DNA of 64,000 nucleotides, taken from assembly GCF_001194135.2 (NCBI RefSeq), contig NC_068990.1, positions 15,650,221 through 15,714,220 of the forward strand. Direction: 5' to 3'. The position numbers were made by a program, and so were the translations under genes. Shown here piece after piece: positions 37,705 through 64,000 of the stretch. The stretch's first letter is position 1. The number at the start of each line of letters is the position of its first letter. The notes beneath the pieces are model-generated. The model saw nothing but the letters and a program-made list of their open reading frames with translations, was not told the DNA's origin and searched no databases. Origin of the DNA: Octopus bimaculoides. Its lineage: Eukaryota.

Positions 37705-38899
37705 CTTCAAAATACCTTCTTTCCATTTCATTAAATTTTATTTTTAAATCAGGAGTAGGCAACCCATGGTCAGTGTGGAAATAGTGGGGTAGTGTGTTTA
37801 TCTGACTTACAAAGAATTTTGCTTTATTCTAAATATTTCATTTGACTTCACTGATGGATCATGAATGGTGTCTGGTTACATTGTCCCAAAGAATCATGAG
37901 AGGAAAGACTACCTTATTAATATTTACTAGCTGCTCTAGTTATATGTATTATTAGATTCTCAGTGGGTGTTTTTAATGAGGATTTGTTCAGACTCGTATG
38001 AGAAACAGCATCACTGTGTTTTAACAAGGAATCCATTCTAAATATCTGTTCAAAGAAAAAAATATATATTCAAATGATTTGCAAGGAATATTTAGGATTG
38101 AGCGTCTTTAAGTGATGCTCCTTCAGATTCAGGTTAGCCCTTTTCATACCAAACTGCCATCAGAATTTCATGTTAATCTATGATCCAAACTACATCTTAA
38201 TAAGAACAGAATTAATTTACTAAATTCCTTGTTATCAAAATTAATTGAACCAAAAAAAAAAAAAAAAAAAAAAAAAAAACGTATTACAACAGAAATATGA
38301 TAACAAAAGAGTTAAGCAAACCTATGTTCAAAGGCATCCCAACTATGACCATCCAGTCATTTTTTATTTAATTACAATAAATCCCAGACTAAATCATCCA
38401 ATGATGGTAGGGTCTGATTTAACCCTTTTGATACCAACCCACTTGAGATTGTCTCTCGTTTTATGATACTAACTTGCTGTTTTAAAGTAAACTACAATAA
38501 AATCTTCCTCAAAATTTCATGTTAATTTATGTTCCAAACACCAGTTTAATAATTTCAAAGTTAATTTACTATAGTCTTCATTATTTTCAAAATTAATTGT
38601 AACAAAGCAGTGTATTTCAACAGAGATATCACACATTAATAGGGATATCTCATGCAAGTTCTTAACATCACTTTCTATAACAGGATATCAGATGAATTGG
38701 GTATTTATATGTGCTACAATACTTGTTGAATAGCTCAACTTTCAAAATATTAAAGCAAAAAAAAGAAAAAAATTTCCATGGCAATTGAGTACAAAACAAA
38801 GGCAGGTAGGTGCTGAGTGCTGAAATATTGAAGGTGTACGGACACTAGGTTATTTCATTAACTACACCTGGATATCACTGTGACACATTTACCTGGAAA

Positions 38900-39220
38900 A
38901 TATGGTGGTGCAAGAAGGGTGGCAAGTATCAGGCAACATTACAAGACCTGCCATAGTGGAAATTTTAGCAAGTTTACTGGACAGGCAGGGAAAAAAGAAG
39001 GTGAATAACTGAAAGCTAGTTTTAAAAAGAAACAGAATTTTTTTTGTCAGGAAAAAAGTGGAATTAACAAAGGAAATAGTTGCATTTCTTTTATAATTGG
39101 TGGGGTTTATCAAAGCATGTTTATTGGCAGTGGTGGATATTGATTGTCCTGAAAAGAAATATTTTCATCTCTCAACCTTTCTGAAACAACACTGTCATGG
39201 TGAGTTGAAGAAATGATAGC
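38900..39220 (+). mobile_element. hAT (SPIN/Charlie-like) transposase N-terminal remnant
   Basis: QHYKTCHSGNFSKFTGQ and FIKACLLAVVDIDCPEKK..VEEM resemble RHYETKH..GQ and IKECL..CPEK..RVEEM. Confidence 0.6.
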
Positions 39221-42200
39221 TGTTGAAATTGGTTTGTAGGATGGTTGTAATAATTGAGTTTTGGGCTGGGGGGTTTTTTTATGTCTAGAGCAAGGTTAAT
39301 TCTTCAAATTTTTGAAAAAAAGATTTCTTCAATTCCTTTGAATATAATTAGTGAAGCTGATATTTTTGAAGCTTTGTTGAAAAATGATGTCAAAAACAAA
39401 ACCTGAAGTGTCAAAGCTAAATGGTTTCACAATTTATGGGGCGCCAGTGATGGCAAGAAGGGTAAAAGGCATCGTTGCATTGTTACAAGGACGAAAGCCT
39501 TGAAATCACACAGAAACTAGTTTTAAATCATTGCCATCCCTCAAGAGGTATTATGTGCTAAATCTTTGAAATTTAAAAAAAGAAAAAACAACTTATGGCC
39601 ATTGTTGTGAAGACAGTGAATTCAATCTAGTCTCAGAAATTAAATTAGCAGTTCCAGTAATCATTGGAAGTTTAACAGAGAGTCAGTCTTGGAGAGAGTA
39701 TTCATATTATATGAAGAGATAGCAATGTTTTTTGAAGGCAAAAATGTGATTGCTTCCCCACTTTTTTTTTTCTGTGATCTTGATTAGTTTGCAGCCTTAG
39801 TATTGTGGACATTGATAATCGTTTAAATGACTAGAATTCAGAACTTTACGGACAGGGAAAAAAAAAAATCTGCAGATACAGTGATATTGTAACATTTGAA
39901 AGAAAGCTGCGATTGTGAGAAGACTAGATTCAGAAAGGAAATTGCACATTTTCCAGAAAAACATCACAATATCCAGGCAATTTTGTGACTCGTCACTTAA
40001 CATCCTTTTACCCAGGCTGGCATGGGTTGGACGGTTTGACATGAACTGACAAGCTAGGAAACCACATCAACTAGCAATGTCTGTTTCAGCATGGTTTCTA
40101 TGGCTGGATGCCCTTTCTGACACCAACCACTTTACAGTGTGTACAGGATGTTTATTTTTCATGGCACCAGCACTAGTAAACTCACCATGTTACTTGCAAA
40201 ACCCCTCAACTACGGTGTATGTGTGTGTGGGGAGGGTATATTGAGGAAGGTGGCCCGTGAATTAGGACACAAGTTCTCTCTTTCTGCTGACTTTTGCTTG
40301 CTTTCCTGTGAATTCAAGTTGTTTACTACACCATTTGGTGTTAATGTTGACATTGCATCAGATAATTACCATATGTAATTTATATTCAATGCAATATAAC
40401 GACATATTGAAATTGCATTGTGAATATGTCATTGTGTGACTTGTATAGAAAATATATTCATCATATACTTAATTACTGACAAAGATAACATCCTTATTTG
40501 GTAGCATTTCTATGTCAGGTCATGTGCAGAGACATGTGCCATTGCAGCATGTTGTCAATATATTCCAAGGTCCTCTTAAATAACTTGTTGAGTCCCAGTC
40601 AGCTTCCATCTCACTTTTATGCATGAGGAATTATTTTCAAAACATGAGGCCCATCAATATTTGAGGTATTTTCAAGCAACAAGTATCAAGTTTCAAATTT
40701 CTTGCAGATAATGAAAATAACAAGAGGTAGATTTACCCTTATGAGAAAACAGATTTTTACTCTAGGAAAAACAAATAAAGCAGTTTTCTGAGAAATATTT
40801 TGTGTTCATTTGTAAAGAAAAATAAATTAAATTAAAAGACATATGTAAGAAATGAGACAACAAATTGTATTGAGTTAATAAGGTTTAAGCTTATTACAGT
40901 TTTTTTGATGATCAACAGCTGAGTGGTTGATGAAATTAACTATGAATAATTAATGTCAGTCAGATTTGTTTGGCTATATTCTTAGCATTAGTTTAAATCC
41001 TTTTGCAACCATATTTCTGTTGAATACATTGTTTTTGTTTCAGTTAATTTTGAAAATTATGAAGAATTTAGTAAATGACTGCCATTATTCAGCTGGTGTT
41101 TGGAACATAAATCAACATGGGAATTTTGCTGGAAGATTTTAGTGTTGGTCACTTTAAAACAGGAAGTTTGTATCACAGGACCAGGGACAGTCTCAGACAG
41201 GTTGGGTATCAAGAGTTAAGCTGCTTTAAACAGTAAACAGAAACAACTGTAAGACTATACTCACTTCATTCTTCATGTGTATACATGCATTTTTAATTAT
41301 TTTTAACTTAGTAATTTCATAGTGTAAACAAAACAGATGAGATCTGTGTCCTGTTAGAGTAGAGAATTCAAATGTTTTAACCTTAAAGATAGCAATCCAC
41401 TCAAGACCATCTCTGGTTCTATGATACAAGCTTTGTTTTTAAGTAATGTTAATTAAAACTCTCCATCAAAATTTCATGTTATGTTCCAAACACCAAGTTA
41501 TTTTCATAAATTCCTCAACATTTTCTAAATTAATTGAACAAAGGACAATCTGTTTCAACAGAAATATGGAAGCAAAATGGTTAAGCAGGTTACTTTTTGA
41601 TGGTTTGGACGATTTCATATGTAAAATTCTTTGAATAACTTACAAATAATGTTTTAATTTCAAATTAAAAATCTCTTCACTATTTTATGGGTTTTATTTT
41701 GGTTTTAAATTCAAAGCCTGATCTAAAAATTCATTTGTTTCAAATAATTACAAACCCCACTCCTGATTAAAGAAAGAAATATTCCAGTGTTAACTCGGTA
41801 GCAAGAATCCAGCTGACCAAGTCAATAAAGCTTGTTTAGTAGCTAAATAGTCCATAATTCACATACTCATCATGTGGTAGTGTCCATCATGATAAAGATA
41901 ATTTTAAACAGACTTGCACAAATAGCTGAGGGAGAATATACTGGATGCTATGGAGAAGAACGATTTACCAATGAATGCAATAGAAATACTGCATAACAAA
42001 CAAGTTTTTCATTATTAAGAGAAGCTGGTAGAATCATCAGCAGACCAGGCAAAAAGCTTAGCAAGTACCAGTTGAACACTTGGCTCAATGTAATCAATTT
42101 ACTCCATCCCTCGAAATTGCTGGCCTTGTGCCAAAATTTGAAACCATTATTAAGGTGACACACAAAATGCTTAGCAGTATTTCTTCCACCTCTTTGTGTT

Positions 42201-42729
42201 CTGACTTCAAATATTGCTGCTGTCAACTTTTCATCCTTTCGAGAGTTCATAAAATAGAGTACTGTTTAAATACTGGGATCGATATAATCAACTAACCCTT
42301 TTCCCTAAAGTTACAAGCCTCTTGCTAAAATTTGAAATTATTAGAGCATCAGAAAATAAAATACTTTGTGTTATTTCTTCAGGCTCTTTGTATTTTGAGG
42401 TTAATTCCCACATAGTCAATACTGCTTTCATCATTTTGGGGATGATAAAATACTTGTCAAGTACTAGGGGTTGATTAACCACTCCCTACCATTATTTTAC
42501 AGAACTAAGTTCTCTTGAAAGAGATTTGGGTTTTCACTACACTGACTTCCCCTAGATACACTAAATGAAGAGTTTTCAAGAGAAAACAGAGCAACAAGGT
42601 TTATGAGATATGCAACCACAAAACAAGAAAGGAACAGCTGCAGGAATTCTCTGTTTTACCAGAGAAAATAAATCAAGAGGCACATACAAAATATTAAAAC
42701 TTGAAAGAAATGGATTCGTACTATTTTAT

Positions 42730-43040
42730 TTTTTATCTTTTGTTTCAACCATTAGACTGGAGCACTGCCTTCAAGAATTTTTAGTCAAATGAATCCACCC
42801 CAGTATTTATAGTTTTCTTTTTTAAACCTGGTACTTCTCACTAAATTATGGGTGTATAAACACTGGTTGTCATGTAGTGGTAGGGGACAAACACAAACAC
42901 ACATGTATACTAAATCCACTTGCAAGACTTCGGTCGTTGATGCTACAGTAGAAGCCACTTGCCCAAGGTGCCACTCACTGAGACTGAACCTGCAACCATG
43001 TGGTTGGAAAGCAAGCTTCTTACCACACAGCCATGCCTGC
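42730..43040 (-). mobile_element. tRNA-derived SINE: head + internal (TG)n + tail type A
   Basis: Head gcatggctgtgtggtaa..ggtt(g)caggttcagtc..gtggcaccttgggcaagtg; tail ..aagtac.gggg..ttcatt.gactaaa..cttgaagg..gtgctccag. Similar copies at 23875-24250 and 47685-47985. Confidence 0.8.
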
Positions 43041-45962
43041 ACTTTGTTTTGTGCATTGATATACATAAAAAAGAAAAAAAAAATTTACGAAATTAGGTAA
43101 CAAGCAATACTGAGTTTAAGGGTCATGCTTTTTACGGCTTTAAACCTTTTTTGATAAAAACCCACCAGAAACCATCCTTGGGTCTATGATACGAAACTAG
43201 TTTTAAACTAACCTAAATTAAAAACCATCCATCAAAATTTCACATTAATTTCTTTTCCAAACACCAGTTTAATAACGACAAAATTAATTTGCTAAATTCT
43301 TTATCTTGAAAATTAATTCAAATAATGGCAGCATGTTTCAACAGAAATATAACGAAAGGGGTTAATGACAGTGAATATATATTTTGCAATTTATTAAGTC
43401 ACTCACTGGGAACTAAAGTAGCTCTATAGAGAGAGAGTGTTATTCTGAGGATCCAAGGATCACTGGTTCAATCTAAGCTTGGGAAGGTTGAGGCAGTTCT
43501 GTTGAGTTCCTGAAATTTGTTTGACTGAATCATAAAATATGAATTTACGATTAATTATGTATCTGCAGTAAATTGAAAGAGGCATGGTTGTGTGATTAAG
43601 AAGTTTGTATTGCAACCACAGTTTCAGGCACCCTGGGTAATAGACTTTTGATATAGTTGTGAGCCATCCAATGCACTTTAAGAGAATTTAGTAAATGAAA
43701 ACTGTATGGAAGCTTGTCTTGTGTGTGTGTGTGTGTGTACGTGCATATTTGTGGTACTTTTTTATTAACCCTGGAGGGATGAAAAACAAAGTTGCCTTCA
43801 GCAGGATTTGAAACCAAAACAAAGAGCCACAAGGAATGCTGCTGAGCATTTTGCCCAATGTTCTAACGATTCCAGCACATTTGTCGAGTACATTTATATC
43901 AGCTGTAAACTGAAATAATTAAAATGTGATACAATTAGAAAGAAAGGAGGTGGGGAGAGTCATAATCCCAACAGATCTTTGTTCAATTTGTTTAAACTAC
44001 CATTACATCTTATGTAATTGATACACACCAAATACATGTTAAAAACTAAAATCATTATTTGCAATTGTCTCAATTGAAATTAATAGGAAATTATTAAAAA
44101 AAACATTGAAATTAAGAANNNNNNNNNNTTGTCTCAATTGAAATTAATAGGAAATTATAAAAAAAAACATTGAAATTAAGAACATCTTTACAAATTATAC
44201 ATTTTATTTGGAGGAGAAAAAAAAAAGTAAAAATTCAAACCATGTTCTCTCAACATTTAACACTAAAGTTCTATTAGGATTCCAAAAAGCATTTGTTGCC
44301 AAGCACTTTCAACTGACTGCTTTGTTGTAGGGTGTTATCTAGCAACATTTCACCAACTAACTGCTTTAGTTCAACCACCATCTGCAAGCATGTAAGATAG
44401 ACATTCTTTCATTGAAAGAAAATTTTGGGTTTTTTATTATTTTGATATCAAACGAGTTTTATTTATTTATTTTTTATTTTATTTTTTTTTTAATCTTATC
44501 TTTACATATCAAAATTTTTCAAGAGGGGGAAAAAAATTCTGCCAATAATTGGGCTGATAGATTGCATTGAAAATTCAAGTTGTAATACAAATATTATGGT
44601 TGTTACAAAAGGACTAAGTCCTTCCTTTGTGTAGCACTAGTACCAAACAACTGCAGACAATAGAGATTGCTAATGGGAGAGCACAAGTCACATAAAATTC
44701 CTGTATGGTGTGGTAGAAACAAGTTTGTACAGCTGTAAACTATGCAAGATATATACTTGATAGCTATAAGCTACACCAGATATATAATATATTTGTATAG
44801 CTATAAGCAACAGAACATTTAAAAACTAAAGCAGAGAATTAATTACTTTGCAAAAAAACTAAATAAATGTATTCATTGTCACCATCGTTTATGTCCATTT
44901 TCCATGCTGACATGGGGCTGGACAGTCCGATATGGAGCTGGCCAGCAGGGAGTTGTCTAGACGCATTTGTCTATTGTGGCATGGTTTCTAATGGCTGGAC
45001 ACCCTTCCTAAGGCCAACACTTAACAATGTGCTGGGTCCTTTTTATGTACCACTGTTAAGTGGTAGTTATGCAGCATCAGCACAGGTGATTTTTATATGA
45101 AACCAGCCCAGATGTGTGGAAAACATCAATTTTACTTAGCTTGACACACATACAGGATTATCCTTTCAGGTGCTGGTGCTGCATAAGTATATATACATAT
45201 ACACACACATATATGTGGCTGGTACAAAGTTCCAGCTAGGCAGAGGATGACATGGTGGTGGAACGAGGTAGACAGTGCTATAAAAGCAATGAGACTTCTT
45301 ATATATATATATACACGTGTAGATACATATACATACACACATGTATAGATATATACATATATATACATGTATAGATAGATATATATATATGTGTGTGTGT
45401 GTGTTTGTTAATATTTAGCAGAAATAAACTGGGCAGGCAATGTGATGGGTGACAACTGCAGATGATAGTAAATAAGCAGCAAATATTGGCAGAAATGCAG
45501 AAAATGTACAAACAGGTAAGTTCACTGTCTTGGGTAACCATAGTAATGCCTTTAATTTGAAAATAAATGAAGGCCAAGAGTTGTGAACCTCCTTTGAAGA
45601 AAAACAAATAATAATAATAATGTTCTTATGTGATGTGACAGAGACAAAATATTGAAAAAAAAATTGTCAGTTTGCAATAAATATTTATTTCAGTTCATTT
45701 GTGTGAAATCTACCACAAACAGAAATTATTTAACACCACGGAGCTCAGGCAGGAGTGGGGGGGGGGATATTAGCCAGAGAATATACATACAATAATGTAT
45801 AATATCCTTCTATGCAGAATCTGTTGGAATTATTTAAAAAGCAAAAAAAAAAAAGCATAAAAAAAAAGTAGCAATCACCACGGAATAATTTTTTGTGCAG
45901 GTTTTATTATTTTCGGTAAGTTTAGTTAATTTGAGACTTTATATATACATATACACACACAC

Positions 45963-45996
<34 letters not shown>

Positions 45997-46304
45997 GTAA
46001 GGCTGAAAGTTTGATGTGGTCCATAAACCATCAGATTGTATATCAAACAGGTTGAGTAGGCAACGTGATGCTGGATGAGAAGCTTAAAGTAGCCTATATT
46101 TTTGTTATAATAATAACTCTATTGAAATATCATATTGGTAAATAGTGTTGCAGGATGGCATGGATGAAACAGTGAAGTAGTTTCTCTACAGGGGGAACCT
46201 CAATGAGATGTCTTACTGAACACACAGCTAATGACACATTCCCTCTGACATTGCTGCAACTATTGCTTCTTTTAGTTGCTAACTTCATGGTACTCACAAC
46301 AAAG

Positions 46305-62463
<16,159 letters not shown>

Positions 62464-62889
62464 CTGTAACAAACAGAAGTTTTTAATTAATCCAATTTGC
62501 CTAAAACTGTGCAACTGTGAATATAGAAGTAGAATGGTAAGATTAAATTCTATCTAAATAATGCTTTAACCCTTTCGTTACTGTATATATTTTGAGATGT
62601 TCTGTGTTTCTTTCAATTACTTTAAATATAACAAAGAATTTAGTAAAATAACTTAGTTATCATTCAGCTAGTGTTAGGAACATAAATTGTGACTAAGGTT
62701 TGGTGGAAGATTTTAATTCAAAACTTATGAAAACCAGACATTTGTACTCACAGCCAGTTTCAGCCGGGTTGGTAACGAAAGGTTAAGTTACAAAAGTCAG
62801 ATAAATTGACTAAAGAACTCTAGCAAACTTAATTACAAATTACATAAAACAGATCATTTAAATAGTTAACTTGGATTTCTTTAATCAGC

Positions 62890-63246
62890 GTGATTGTTGC
62901 CAAGGCCACTGACTGGCTCCTGTGCCAGTAGCACGTAAAAAAAAGTACCGTTCGAGCGTGGTCATTGCCAGTGCCACTGAACTGGCTCCTGTGCAGGTGG
63001 CATGTAAAAAGCACCATTTGAACGTGGCCAATGCTAGTACCGCCTGACTGGCTCTCATGCCAGTGGCACGTAAAGGCACCCACTACACACTCGGAGTGGT
63101 TGGCGTTAGGAAGGGCATCCAGCTGTAGAAACTTTGCCAGATCAGATTGGAGACTGGTGCAGCCTTCTGGCTCGCCAGCCCTCAGTCAAACCATCCAACC
63201 CATGCCAGCATGGAAAGCAGACGTTAAACGATGATGATGATGATGA
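62890..63246 (+). mobile_element. RTE 3' UTR copy with tandem units
   Basis: About 3 tandem units, then the shared tail ending (GAT)n. Confidence 0.88.
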
Positions 63247-64000
63247 TTTTGGTACCAACCTACTTGAGACTACCCCCTAGTTCTAAAATACAATTTTCGT
63301 TTTATGTTAATTTGTTCCAGACACCAGCTTAACAATGACAACATTATTTTACTAAATTCATTATTNNNNNNNNNNTTGAGACCATTCTCTGGTTCTGATA
63401 CAAATTTTGATTTAAAGTGATCTAAATTAAAATCTTCCGCAAAAATTCCATGTTAAAATTCATGTTCCAAATATCGGTTTAATAATGACAAAGTTATTTT
63501 ACAAAATCCTTCATTATTTTAAAAATTAACTAAAACAAAGGCAGAGTATTTAAAAAACAGTATGGTAACCAAAAGCCAATATCTCTAATTTAATGTCTTG
63601 ACAATTTTAAAATGAAATAAACTTTATACATTTGTTTGGAATTTTCAGACTACATATTTCTGATTCTTACAGAAAAAAAAATTATCACTAACAGCATTTC
63701 AGATAATGTATTATTAACAGTATTAGGGGAAAATACTTATCAGAAATAAATATTAATTTGTACGTCAAACTTGGATGTGTGGTTTTCAATTCTGTAGGTT
63801 CGTAATCAACCTGAGAAATCATTTTATATAGATGCCTCTGGCATTCAAAACAACACAACCAAGTTAAGGTTGGATGTGCTAATTAATATTCATTATAAAG
63901 GCTGTTCTTGTCATTTATAGCTAAGTTAAACATCTCAGAAACACAAGGAAAAATAATTTGTTTCAAAAATATAATTAAACATTAAAATTGTTTAAATTCA

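Noticed and set aside
44065-44185. ~55-nt direct repeat flanking a 10-N gap
   Set aside because: Unmerged contig overlap, probably differing only in a homopolymer length
63820-63850. RGIY peptide resembling the preceding kinesin exon (GIYALA)
   Set aside because: Followed by IK-stop with no donor; the true exon must lie beyond the window

Overview
AT-rich eukaryotic genomic DNA with introns, microsatellites and seven N-gaps. The SINE/LINE complement suggests an octopus (coleoid cephalopod) genome; this is an inference, not a database result. Three multi-exon housekeeping genes were reconstructed by hand with GT-AG junctions and consistent reading phase. (1) USP14, minus strand, 12 coding exons from ATG at 22799 to 802, continuing past the left edge. 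(2) mago nashi/MAGOH, plus strand, complete, 5 exons, 26889-34678, 148 aa. (3) A kinesin-13 (KIF2-like), minus strand, last 12 exons, 62463 to stop at 46305, 5' part beyond the right edge. The rest is intron or intergenic DNA filled with RTE-LINE 3' ends, modular tRNA-derived SINEs, TTAA-flanked and hAT MITEs, and decayed mariner, Tc1, hAT and CRE-like coding remnants. Nearly all supplied six-frame ORFs are spurious. The most unusual items are a GC-rich inverted repeat with a telomeric-repeat core running into a gap, a 166-bp spacer-less palindrome, a duplicated splice donor in KIF2 that creates an in-frame 33-nt cryptic exon, a divergent USP14 exon 6, and an RFX X-box upstream of mago. I found no convincing wholly new biological system. 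Repeat boundaries are approximate, and protein comparisons are from memory of the families.
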